A DNA stretch of 64,000 bases from an uncultured Gammaproteobacteria bacterium (lineage in GTDB: Bacteria; Patescibacteriota; Patescibacteriia; UBA2196; GWA2-42-15). Both the position numbers and the translations under genes were made by a program. The notes below the pieces were generated by a model. The model was not told the origin of the DNA, did not search any database, and worked only from the letters and a program-made list of their open reading frames with translations. Positions within the stretch are counted from its first letter, which is position 1; every line of letters starts with the position of its first letter. Shown piece after piece: positions 20,081 to 29,515 of this stretch. The stretch lies in NCBI GenBank assembly GCA_964573135.1, contig CAZNIO010000006.1:1733-65732 (forward strand), in the 5' to 3' direction.

Positions 20081-21460
20081 ATGCACAATATTATCACACG
20101 AGCTAAAAGATCAATTTTATTCACAGGGGACATAGCTATCCTCTATTTTTCATTGTGGCTAACACTGCTCGTGCGTTATCAGCAGCCAGTAACGCAAGAA
20201 CTGTGGAATAAGCATTGGTTGCCGTTTAGCGCGGTTTTTGTGATTTGGATCATTATTTTCTTTATTAATAAGCTATATGACTTATCTGTAGCGCGCAATA
20301 ACCTTAACTTCTATTCCTTATTAATTACCAGCCTTATTTGGTGTACGGCGATTGGTTTTGTTTTCTTCTATTTAACTACATCTGGAATTTCACCAAAAAC
20401 TGTACTTATATTAGATATTGTATTTTTTGGTATTTTACTTTCTTTGTGGAGAAGAATATTTAACGGATTGATTTTATCAAAAAGGTTGGTGGAGAAAATT
20501 TTAATAGTTGGCTTATCAAAAGAAAGTGTGGCTTTGGCGAAAGAGATTAATGATAATCCGCAACAAGGCTTGGAAGTTGCTGGTATTGTACAATTGGGCG
20601 GACTTGAGCTGGAAAAGTTTGAGTCAGGAAATATTGATATTATTACATCAGAAGATAAGATTAGGGATTATGTTGTTAATAACAAAATACGAACGGTAAT
20701 TATGGGAGGAGAAGCGGCTAAAACTCCAGAAATCATTAATCAATTATATAAATCACTACATCTAAAAATGAATATTTTAGATTTACCCAGTTTTGCTGAG
20801 AAATTTACTGGCAAAATTTTAATTAATACTATTGGTCAAATGTGGTTTTTGGAAAACGTACAAGAAGGAACCAAGCAAACCTACGAAGCCAGTAAAAGAA
20901 TTATGGATATCCTGTTATCAGGATTATTACTTTTAGTAACTTTGCTGTTTATGCCCTTTATCTATTTGGTCATTAAAGCCAACAGTAAGGGTCCTGGATT
21001 TTTTATGCAACAGAGAACTGGTAAGAATGGCAAGAAGTTTATGGCGGTTAAATTCCGTACGATGCAAGATAGGGCAGAAAAAAATGGTCCTCAATGGGCA
21101 GAAAAAAATGATCCAAGAGTAACTAAAGTGGGTAAATTTTTACGTAAGGCGAGAATCGATGAAATTCCTCAACTGATCAATGTGCTTAGGGGGGAAATGA
21201 GTTTTATTGGCCCAAGACCAGAAAGGCCAGAGTTTATTGAGAAACTCAAGACAGGTGTTCCTTTTTATGAAACACGATTGTTAGTAAAGCCGGGTATTAC
21301 TGGTTGGGCTCAAATTAATTTTCCTTATGGTGCATCTGAAGCAGATGCGCTAGAAAAATTGCAGTATGACTTATATTATATTAAAAATAGGTCACCAATA
21401 CTTGATTTATCAATATTATTAAAAACTATTAAAACTGTACTGTCTGGAGGCGGACAATAA
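20081..21460 (+). CDS. polyprenyl glycosylphosphotransferase (priming sugar transferase, WbaP/WcaJ family)
   Basis: KFRTM, DPRVT, RIDEIPQLINVLRGEMSFIGPRPE, KPGITGWAQ; start taken at MHNII. Confidence 0.93.
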   Translation: MHNIITRAKRSILFTGDIAILYFSLWLTLLVRYQQPVTQELWNKHWLPFSAVFVIWIIIFFINKLYDLSVARNNLNFYSLLITSLIWCTAIGFVFFYLTTSGISPKTVLILDIVFFGILLSLWRRIFNGLILSKRLVEKILIVGLSKESVALAKEINDNPQQGLEVAGIVQLGGLELEKFESGNIDIITSEDKIRDYVVNNKIRTVIMGGEAAKTPEIINQLYKSLHLKMNILDLPSFAEKFTGKILINTIGQMWFLENVQEGTKQTYEASKRIMDILLSGLLLLVTLLFMPFIYLVIKANSKGPGFFMQQRTGKNGKKFMAVKFRTMQDRAEKNGPQWAEKNDPRVTKVGKFLRKARIDEIPQLINVLRGEMSFIGPRPERPEFIEKLKTGVPFYETRLLVKPGITGWAQINFPYGASEADALEKLQYDLYYIKNRSPILDLSILLKTIKTVLSGGGQ

Positions 21461-21472
21461 ACAAAACAACAT

Positions 21473-22429
21473 ATGACTATACTTATTACTGGAGGAGCAG
21501 GATTCATTGGATGCCATTTGGCTCAAAAATTTCTTAAGAGAGGTGACAAAGTTATCATTGTTGATAACTTTAATAATTACTATGACCCATGGCTTAAAAA
21601 AGCTCGTATAAAAAATTTACTGAATGGATATGATTTTAAATTGTATCAAGTAGATATTACAAACTTCGCATCTTTAAATAAAATATTTCAGAATAATAAG
21701 ATTGATAAGATATTTCATTTAGCAGCTCAAGCTGGGGTGAGATATTCCCTTGAAAATCCATTTGCATATCATAATACAAATACGGGCGGAACTTTAAATA
21801 TTTTTGAGCTAGCCAAGGACTATCATGTTGAACAAGTGGTTTATGCCTCATCATCAAGTGTGTATGGTGGAAATGCTAAGCTACCATTCTCAGAAGATGA
21901 TGACACCTCGGCTCCCTTGTCTGTATATGCTATGACAAAAATAGCAACTGAAAATATTGCCTATACATATAATCATTTGTATAAGATTCCAACGACTGGA
22001 CTTAGATTCTTTACTGTGTACGGACCCTGGGGACGACCTGACATGGCTTTATTTGATTTTACTAAGAATATATTGGCTGGCAATACCATTAATTTACATA
22101 ATAACGGTAAAATGAAAAGGAACTTTTCATATATAGATGATATTATCAATGGTTGTATATTAGCGATTGATAAAGTATATGACTTTGAAATATTAAATCT
22201 TGGGAGTGATGAACCTGTGGAACTTGAAAGATTTGTTGACTTGATTGAAGAGAATCTCGGTAAAAAAGCAATGAAAAAACTTATCCCGATGCAAAAAGGA
22301 GAAGTTATTGAAACTCATGCTGATTTGAGTAAGGTAAAAGAAAAACTTGGCTTTGAGCCTAAATTTAAGATTGAAGAAGGGATAAAGAATTTTATTGATT
22401 GGTATAAGCGGTATTATAAGATAAATTAA
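21473..22429 (+). CDS. UDP-glucuronate 4-epimerase-like SDR
   Basis: HLAAQAGVRYS, YAMTK, RFFTVYGPWGRPDMA. Confidence 0.92.
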   Translation: MTILITGGAGFIGCHLAQKFLKRGDKVIIVDNFNNYYDPWLKKARIKNLLNGYDFKLYQVDITNFASLNKIFQNNKIDKIFHLAAQAGVRYSLENPFAYHNTNTGGTLNIFELAKDYHVEQVVYASSSSVYGGNAKLPFSEDDDTSAPLSVYAMTKIATENIAYTYNHLYKIPTTGLRFFTVYGPWGRPDMALFDFTKNILAGNTINLHNNGKMKRNFSYIDDIINGCILAIDKVYDFEILNLGSDEPVELERFVDLIEENLGKKAMKKLIPMQKGEVIETHADLSKVKEKLGFEPKFKIEEGIKNFIDWYKRYYKIN

Positions 22430-22449
22430 TATTATTTTTAGGGTATAAT

Positions 22450-22481
22450 AAAATCCCAGGCTAATCTTAGTCTGGGATTTT
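22450..22481. terminator. bidirectional intrinsic terminator
   Basis: AAAATCCCAGGCTAA/TTAGTCTGGGATTTT between convergent genes. Confidence 0.75.
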
Positions 22482-22500
22482 TGTTTTTTCAAAAAAATTG

Positions 22501-23337
22501 TTAAGGAGTCAGTCCCAAGGTGTCACAAACTGAATCGTACTCGTAGTAAATTTCCTTATCCACTACCTGGAGTTCATGACGGTGCGCGATGAAATATTCT
22601 TTCATTTCATCATAAATATTATAACTGTCGCTTATTTTTAAATCTAGCAGCGAAAGGCAGTGTATAATTTTACACGCTGCCATAACCTTACTCCTGGGGT
22701 CTGGAGCTATTAGGTGCCGTGCAAGATAAAATATGGCCGCTGTTTGATATTTCTTTTTTTCTTGATAGCGGCAAGCAGTAAAATATAAAAAACTACCAAT
22801 AACGCGGCTGTGCTCTGTCCCCATGGCGTCCATTGCCTTTTCATAGCGGCGCAAGAGTTTGTTGTACTCCTCATCGAAATTCCTGTTTTTTTCCTTAATA
22901 CCGAGGAGGCACTCTAAATAGTAAAGTCTCTTATCTGCTGGCAATTTAGCAAAGCCAGATAACGCTAAGATACTCCTGGCAACTTGAGTGGCTTTTTCAT
23001 TTTCCTGAAGGGCCAATAAGCATTGGGCCCTAGCGTGCTGATATTCCGCCAAGAATAAAACTGGGGTGCTCTTGGGGATAGCTAATTCGTTAAGCCCCGC
23101 TAACGCTGCTGTGGCGCTTCCCTTCCTTCGCTTTTGATCACAGGCGTATGTAGCAACCGCAAATAAGTCGGACATGGTGGCCTTACAATGCTGAGTAATT
23201 AGTTGATAAATCTCAGCTTTTTTATCAAAATCTCCTCGCACGGCGAAATAACCTGCCATTTCGAATAGATATCCAACGCTTAAATCATTAAATTTTTGAG
23301 TTAAGTCCTCATAATTCTTTTGATAGTTTTCCATCAT
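22501..23337 (-). CDS. hypothetical TPR-like helical protein
   Basis: 278-aa ORF with Ala/Tyr/Leu helical repeats, own promoter and GGAG RBS. Confidence 0.6.
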   Translation of the reverse strand: MMENYQKNYEDLTQKFNDLSVGYLFEMAGYFAVRGDFDKKAEIYQLITQHCKATMSDLFAVATYACDQKRRKGSATAALAGLNELAIPKSTPVLFLAEYQHARAQCLLALQENEKATQVARSILALSGFAKLPADKRLYYLECLLGIKEKNRNFDEEYNKLLRRYEKAMDAMGTEHSRVIGSFLYFTACRYQEKKKYQTAAIFYLARHLIAPDPRSKVMAACKIIHCLSLLDLKISDSYNIYDEMKEYFIAHRHELQVVDKEIYYEYDSVCDTLGLTP

Positions 23338-23394
23338 TTTCTCCGATCATTGTTTTGTTAATATTGTTTTAAGTTGTTTTTTGGTTTTCTACTC

Positions 23395-23423
23395 ATATTA
23401 TCAATGAATATCTTCTGTGTCAA
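23395..23423 (-). promoter_or_regulatory. sigma70 promoter
   Basis: TTGACA-17 nt-TAATAT with TG extension. Confidence 0.55.
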
Positions 23424-23482
23424 GAATGAATAAACTAAAAAACGACACCATAATGATATCGTTTTTTAATATAAGCAAGTTA

Positions 23483-24553
23483 CTATTTCCTTCTCAGCTT
23501 CTCTTTAATAGGAACTTCACTATCCCAGACTCTCTTTCGGCCATCTCCTTTAACCCTATCCCAGAGGCGTATATCGCGGATCATTAATTGCAGTCCCCTC
23601 GGCTCAAGACTGGCAGATTGGTCTGATCCCCACATGGCGCGATCAAGGGTGATATGTCGCTCAATAAGGCAAGCACCAAGTACGGCAGCCATGACTGAAG
23701 GGGAGACATTGCTCTCATGCCCGCTATAACCAATAGGGATACCAGGGTATTTTTTTTGCAAGGTATGGATGGCAGACAAATTGAGTTCTTCAAAATCAGC
23801 TGGATAAGTGGAAACGGTATGAAGAATAATTAGATTATTTCTACCTAAAATTTCAAGAGCATGGTCTACTTCTTCTAAGGTGCTCATACCACTCGAGAGT
23901 ATAATGGGCTTATTTTTTGATTTAATGTGACGTAACAGATTGTCATCGGTTAAGCTGGCTGATGCTATTTTATAGCAAGGAGGATCAAACTGATCCAAGA
24001 AATCAACGCTAGCCTCATCCCAGGGGGAAGCCAGCCAAAGTATTCCTTTTTCACGACAGTATCTATCAATTTCTTTATACTCATCTAAACCAAACTCCAA
24101 TCCCCTCTTCAAATCGCCGTTGGTGGCACCAAAAGGATTTTCACGTGGTTTATCTAATTCTTCCTTGGTATAAACCACATCAATGGTTCTTTTTTGGAAT
24201 TTAATTGCATTAGCCCCAGCTGAGATAGCTGTGTTTATAAGCTGTTTGGCAATATTGATATCACCATTGTGGTTAATGCCAATTTCAGTAATGATAAAGG
24301 CGGGTTGGCCGGGACCGACTTTTTTATTACCAATAATCACGTGAGGAGTTGGGGCCTGACTGGCAGCTGGCATATTCAAAGTAACAGGTTTTTGAACCTC
24401 TTCTTTTCGTATTGGAGGCGGTGCCTGGGCTGGCTTATCATCCATGGCGCTAATGACAAATTCTTGTCCGTCTTTGACAACAATTGCCTTCCCCCCTTCC
24501 CTCCTGATAAAACTAAAAATCTTTTCCATATCATTTGTCATATTAGTTTGCAT
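23483..24553 (-). CDS. neuB: N-acylneuraminate synthase family protein, short form lacking the C-terminal SAF/AFL domain, with an N-terminal extension
   Basis: EIGINHNG, KFQKR, YKIASA, GYSGHE, ERHITL; ends soon after the TIM barrel. Confidence 0.85.
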   Translation of the reverse strand: MQTNMTNDMEKIFSFIRREGGKAIVVKDGQEFVISAMDDKPAQAPPPIRKEEVQKPVTLNMPAASQAPTPHVIIGNKKVGPGQPAFIITEIGINHNGDINIAKQLINTAISAGANAIKFQKRTIDVVYTKEELDKPRENPFGATNGDLKRGLEFGLDEYKEIDRYCREKGILWLASPWDEASVDFLDQFDPPCYKIASASLTDDNLLRHIKSKNKPIILSSGMSTLEEVDHALEILGRNNLIILHTVSTYPADFEELNLSAIHTLQKKYPGIPIGYSGHESNVSPSVMAAVLGACLIERHITLDRAMWGSDQSASLEPRGLQLMIRDIRLWDRVKGDGRKRVWDSEVPIKEKLRRK

Positions 24554-24568
24554 AATTTATAAATAAAA

Positions 24569-25432
24569 TTAATTTTTAAAAACTTTTTTCTCATCTATTT
24601 TTTTGGACTGACTGGAATCAACGGTTCTACCGGTGGGCACTCCCCAAAACTGGCAATAAGAACATAGCGGAATCTTATCTCGTTTTCCTTGTTTGTGATA
24701 TTCCAACCACTGCATGCGTTTTTTACTGTTCCAAATATCAACCAAAGATTCCTTGTTAGCATCACCGATAACTCCGATACGCTTGGGATCAAACCTGACA
24801 CAAATAGAAGCTTCACCGTGAGTATTGATAGCCAAGTGGTGCAGAAAATCCCAACAAATGCCAACCTCTGGAATGGTGGGTACTTTCTTTTTGTAATTAA
24901 AGCTACCCATGGGAGCATGTAATATCCTTCTAACCATCAAGAGATTAAATTTTTTATATTTAGCCTCATCCACTTCACCATTAATTCTTAAAACCGTGTA
25001 TGGCTTTCTCTCGCCTTTAATTTTCAAAAACTCTTGAATTAATTTATACTGCTCATCGGCGTCTCCATCCTTCTCGAAAACTGAAATAGCCAAGGTATCC
25101 AGATTGCCAATGATTTCATCGGCTTTCTTGACTAGCAACTTACCGTTGGTAACAATGTTAGTAATTTGATTAGAAAATAGCTTGGTGGCCTCACCAAAAC
25201 GCGGATAAAGCAATCCTTCACCGTTGTTGTGTAATTGAACAACTATATTTGGTGGTAATTGCTTAGCAATCTTTTCAACTAAGGCAAAGTCCATATCGCC
25301 ATACTTCAAAACTAACTCTGGATAGTCTCTCTCAGTTTTTCTGCGGCCACACATCCAACAGTTCTTATTACAACGACTGGTTAATTCTATATTAATTGTA
25401 GACAGGCCATGAAGGCTTTTTTTATTGGGCAT
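24569..25432 (-). CDS. radical SAM/SPASM domain protein
   Basis: CNKNCWMC; C-terminal C..C..CSYC. Confidence 0.88.
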   Translation of the reverse strand: MPNKKSLHGLSTINIELTSRCNKNCWMCGRRKTERDYPELVLKYGDMDFALVEKIAKQLPPNIVVQLHNNGEGLLYPRFGEATKLFSNQITNIVTNGKLLVKKADEIIGNLDTLAISVFEKDGDADEQYKLIQEFLKIKGERKPYTVLRINGEVDEAKYKKFNLLMVRRILHAPMGSFNYKKKVPTIPEVGICWDFLHHLAINTHGEASICVRFDPKRIGVIGDANKESLVDIWNSKKRMQWLEYHKQGKRDKIPLCSYCQFWGVPTGRTVDSSQSKKIDEKKVFKN

Positions 25433-25436
25433 ATTT

Positions 25437-26273
25437 TTAGGTAATAGTCCAACCACCATCAATAGAGATAGTCTGGCCGGTAACGTAATTGGAAGCGTCT
25501 GAGGCTAGATAAATTAAAAGTCCTTTTAAATCATTGGGGTGCCCCAATTTATGTAAGAGAGTTCTTTCTTTTAATCTTTCTAAAAATGGATCCTTTTTAT
25601 CAACGCTATTAGCGGTTTGTGTTTCAGTGTTAGAAAAAGGCCCCGGAGCGATGGCATTACAGCGAATGCCATATTTCCCCCAGAATGAGGCTGTATAGCG
25701 AGTGAGGGCGATAAGAGCAGCCTTGCGGACCCCATATGTGGCTGGGTTAAAGAATTGCTGGCCTTGGTAGAGTCTGGGATTGGGGGCGACTATACCATAC
25801 ATGGAACTTATATTTATAATGCTCCCCTTTTTCTTTTGACGAAATTGCTTGCCAATAATCTGAGTGGTTAGAACTGCCCAATAAACGCCAGATTCAAAAG
25901 CTGATTGCCATTGCTCATATTCTGAATTTTCCAAGCGTCCCTTGGTGGTATTAAAACCAGTTTTTTGACTTAAATCATCGGCATTGTTAATTAAAACATC
26001 AATACTAAATTTTTTAGTAATTTTTTCTAAAAGAGTTTCGAGTTCTTTGAGATTATAGAAATCAATTTGGAAACCGACGACGCGGTTGGCTCCATATTTT
26101 TTACGATAGACTTCAACTTGTTTTTTGAGTTTATCTGAGCGACCCATTAAAATTACTCGGGAGCCAACATCAAGAAAGCCTTGGGCGATGTATCTGCCGA
26201 AGAATCCAGTGGCACCGGTAATTAAAACGGTTTTACCTTTTATATTAAATATTTGATGAAGCTTGTCTGGCAT
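25437..26273 (-). CDS. SDR oxidoreductase (PtmA/gluconate 5-dehydrogenase-like)
   Basis: TGATGFFG, NISSMYG, YGVRK, IDGG. Confidence 0.85.
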   Translation of the reverse strand: MPDKLHQIFNIKGKTVLITGATGFFGRYIAQGFLDVGSRVILMGRSDKLKKQVEVYRKKYGANRVVGFQIDFYNLKELETLLEKITKKFSIDVLINNADDLSQKTGFNTTKGRLENSEYEQWQSAFESGVYWAVLTTQIIGKQFRQKKKGSIINISSMYGIVAPNPRLYQGQQFFNPATYGVRKAALIALTRYTASFWGKYGIRCNAIAPGPFSNTETQTANSVDKKDPFLERLKERTLLHKLGHPNDLKGLLIYLASDASNYVTGQTISIDGGWTIT

Positions 26274-26274
26274 A

Positions 26275-26961
26275 TTATTGTATTTTATTCATATAATGTT
26301 CACACGTTTTTATGTCTTCTAACCTGTCAATCTGTAATGATTTCCAGTCGGGCATTTCAAAGACGGCTATTTTACCGCCTAGGCGGTTATTGTGTTTCCT
26401 CAAAATTTCAGGACGCAACACATAGATAGAGCCATTTTCTAAATACCTGTCCCCGATATCTTGCTCCATCTTTCTATCTTCAAACTTATATGTAAGAGAT
26501 TTAGGGATACCATCTTTAACTGACCAGATACAACTGTAATTACGTGAAGCTGAGAATAAGGAGTCGGCTTGTTCTTTGACGAGGGTCTCAATAGCACTGT
26601 CAATGTCATGGGCTGTCCTTAAAGGCGAAGTACATTGCATAAAAACCAATAGATCTGGTTCAGGCGAGCCGAGATTATCAAGAACGTGTAAAAGAGCTGA
26701 TTCACTTGAATCTTTATCACCCGAGATATTATCTGGACGCATAATGACTTTAGCCTGATAGTCCTTGGCAACATCGCTGATTTCTTCATCATTGGTAGAA
26801 ACAATGACCTGACTGACATACTTTGAATTACGGGCATGCGTGATGCTGTGAGCTAAAAGTGGCATACCAGAAAGCATGGCCAAATTCTTGTCAGGAATCC
26901 TGCGCGAACCGCCACGAGCCGGGATAATGGCTATAATATTTTGGGGTATTTCCTCATTCAT
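26275..26961 (-). CDS. neuA: acylneuraminate cytidylyltransferase
   Basis: IPARGGSRRIPDKN, QCTSPLR, ENGSIY, IDRLED; start taken at MNEEI. Confidence 0.88.
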   Translation of the reverse strand: MNEEIPQNIIAIIPARGGSRRIPDKNLAMLSGMPLLAHSITHARNSKYVSQVIVSTNDEEISDVAKDYQAKVIMRPDNISGDKDSSESALLHVLDNLGSPEPDLLVFMQCTSPLRTAHDIDSAIETLVKEQADSLFSASRNYSCIWSVKDGIPKSLTYKFEDRKMEQDIGDRYLENGSIYVLRPEILRKHNNRLGGKIAVFEMPDWKSLQIDRLEDIKTCEHYMNKIQ

Positions 26962-27061
26962 TGCGATTATCGTGTTTAATAAAAAAGTAGAGGAAGAACT
27001 TGCAATTATTATCATACAAGTTCTCCTATTATTTTTTTACAAATATCTGTTATCGTTATCA

Positions 27062-27958
27062 TCAACGTGAAATAAGAAATGTGCCGATGATAATTAATAT
27101 TCCTGAGATTATTTTTTTTCTGATACATTTCTTTTCGTGGAGTAATGTGCCAGCCAGGAATATTACCCAGATTACCTCTGTACGCTTAAGGGCACTTATG
27201 GGCGCTACAGCTCCATAATAGAACGAAAAGTCCATTATGGCAAATGCTAACCCCAATATCATGCCCGTAAATACAAAGATTATATAATTTCTATTTTTCC
27301 TAATTTCCTTGAAAATATTTGTTTCACGAATTTTCAAGGAAACTGTATAAAATAGACAAACCATCAAAAAAATCAAGCTGTTGACAAACATTGGACTTGA
27401 ATAAATAATCGCAGGCTTTCCCGCTGTTATAGAAAAAGCTGCTGCTATTGATGCGACCAACGCATATCTCGTCCCCTTAGATGAAATCAAACTCTGCCAT
27501 GGCTTGAGAATGTTTTTCTTGTGGCCATTTACTTGGAGGCTACCAATAAGATAGATCCCTATAACGATTAACATTATGCCTGACATCTCACCAATGGAGA
27601 CTGCTTCGTGCAAAAGGGTCCAAGCAATTATGATAGTAAAGATTGGGGACACAGCGTATATTGGTTCTACGGTTGAAATCTCTCCCAAAGATTGGGCCTT
27701 TTGCCTCCAATAGTGGATGCCAATATTAAGAACGGCCGTTATAATGAATGGTACCCAAAATTGTTTCGGTAGCTGAGGTAATCCGTTATAAACTAAAAAC
27801 TGGCTTACCGCTGTGGCCACAAAAGCCCCAAACATTAGGGGTACTATCGCAACATTAACATTGCACCCCTTATTATAAAGACTCTTGTTAATAACACTTG
27901 CCAAGGCTCCAATAAATGCTCCGGGCAAAACAAAGTATAGAACCGCTAATTTATTCAC
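27062..27958 (-). CDS. EamA/DMT family transporter
   Basis: About 10 TM helices in two repeats ending LLHE; GTG start with GGGAG RBS. Confidence 0.85.
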   Translation of the reverse strand: MNKLAVLYFVLPGAFIGALASVINKSLYNKGCNVNVAIVPLMFGAFVATAVSQFLVYNGLPQLPKQFWVPFIITAVLNIGIHYWRQKAQSLGEISTVEPIYAVSPIFTIIIAWTLLHEAVSIGEMSGIMLIVIGIYLIGSLQVNGHKKNILKPWQSLISSKGTRYALVASIAAAFSITAGKPAIIYSSPMFVNSLIFLMVCLFYTVSLKIRETNIFKEIRKNRNYIIFVFTGMILGLAFAIMDFSFYYGAVAPISALKRTEVIWVIFLAGTLLHEKKCIRKKIISGILIIIGTFLISR

Positions 27959-28006
27959 TTTTTTCTCCCTGTTTGATTTAAAAGACTTTTTATTTTACAG
28001 TTAAAT

Positions 28007-28585
28007 TTAGCATAACATATCAATTAAAGCAAGCTCTACTTGCTGGCAGATAATATGATAAATTACTTGATGAGATTCTTGGATATGAGGGGTGTGGGAT
28101 GATGGCACAATAACAGAAATATCTGCGTGTTGTTTAATTTGACCACCCTGATTGCCAAGTAAGGCAATGGTGGTAGCTCCGGCTTCTTTGCTAGCTGTTA
28201 AACCATGCAACACGTTAACTGAATTGCCGCTGGTTGAAATACCCAAAGCAATGTCGCCTGGCTTAACCAATGCTTGACATTGGCGGGCAAAAACTTGATC
28301 ATATGAAAAATCATTGGCAATGGCAGTTAGGGTACTTGAATCGGTGGAAAGTGCAATGGCCGGATAACTTTTTCTATCATGCAAAAATTTACATAAAAAT
28401 TCTCCAGCAATGTGCTGGGCGTCAGCGGCACTACCGCCGTTACCGAAAATAACGAGCTTGTTGCCAGCTTGCATGCTTTTGGTAATGGCGATAATGGCTT
28501 GCTCAATATGAGGAGCTAGAGAAACTGATTGCCTAATTGAATCCGAACTATCAATTATTAATTTTTCAATTAAATTTTTAGTCAT
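28007..28585 (-). CDS. gmhA: phosphoheptose isomerase (SIS domain)
   Basis: GNGGSAADAQH, TAIAND, ISTSGNS, IQESH. Confidence 0.93.
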   Translation of the reverse strand: MTKNLIEKLIIDSSDSIRQSVSLAPHIEQAIIAITKSMQAGNKLVIFGNGGSAADAQHIAGEFLCKFLHDRKSYPAIALSTDSSTLTAIANDFSYDQVFARQCQALVKPGDIALGISTSGNSVNVLHGLTASKEAGATTIALLGNQGGQIKQHADISVIVPSSHTPHIQESHQVIYHIICQQVELALIDMLC

Positions 28586-28588
28586 ACC

Positions 28589-29515
28589 TTATGCTAATAA
28601 TTTAATAAGTAATGCTTTTTGAGCATGCAGACGATTTTCGGCTTGATCAAAGACAATGCTTTGCGGTCCGTCAATAATTTCTGCAGTTTGCTCGGCGCCC
28701 CTCTCTGCTGGCAGGCAATTCATAAATAGGGCTTGGGGATTAGCTTGCGACATAATTCGAGTGGTAACTTGAAAAGGCCCCAATATTTTTAATCGCTGTT
28801 GTCTTTCTTCGCTTGGTATATGATATGACATCCAGGAATCAGTATAGATGATATCGGCATCTTTGGCAGCGGCTTGGGGATCATGAGTGATGCTAACTTG
28901 CGATTTGGATTTACCGGCTATAGCTTTTGCCTTTTTAACCACTTGCCCGTGGGGTTCATAATTTTTGTCTTGCGGACAACAAACCGTAATATGAATGCCC
29001 GTCAAAGCACAGCCGTATAACAAGGAATGAGTTACGTTATTATTACTATCACCAAAATATGCTAGCTTTAAACCTGCTAATTTACCTGTAGATTCTAGAA
29101 TAGTTTGTAAATCAGCCAATATCTGACAGGGGTGGCTGAAATCTGTTAGTCCATTAATAACGGGAATATTTGAATTACTGGCTAAGGCAAGGATATCTTG
29201 ATGATCAAACAAGCGAGCCATAACAATATCAACGTAGCGAGAAATACATTTCGCAGTATCTTCAATAGATTCTTTTTTACCAAGCGGTGAAGTGGCTATG
29301 TCATAATAGATGGCGTGACCTCCCAGCTGTGTCATAGCGGTTTCAAAACTTACCCTAGTACGCAAGGAAGGTTTGGCAAAAATCATCAGTAAAGTTTTAT
29401 TTAAAAGTGCCTGGCTATATTTATTTGGCGTGTTTTTGATCTGTAAAGCCAAATCAATAATATTTGATATTTCTTGCCTGGTTAAATTGGTTAGATCAAT
29501 TAAATCTTTATTCAT
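28589..29515 (-). CDS. argF: ornithine carbamoyltransferase, possibly catabolic type
   Basis: KPSLRT, HPCQ, GDSNNN, YTDSWMSY, NCLP, QAENR. Confidence 0.9.
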   Translation of the reverse strand: MNKDLIDLTNLTRQEISNIIDLALQIKNTPNKYSQALLNKTLLMIFAKPSLRTRVSFETAMTQLGGHAIYYDIATSPLGKKESIEDTAKCISRYVDIVMARLFDHQDILALASNSNIPVINGLTDFSHPCQILADLQTILESTGKLAGLKLAYFGDSNNNVTHSLLYGCALTGIHITVCCPQDKNYEPHGQVVKKAKAIAGKSKSQVSITHDPQAAAKDADIIYTDSWMSYHIPSEERQQRLKILGPFQVTTRIMSQANPQALFMNCLPAERGAEQTAEIIDGPQSIVFDQAENRLHAQKALLIKLLA

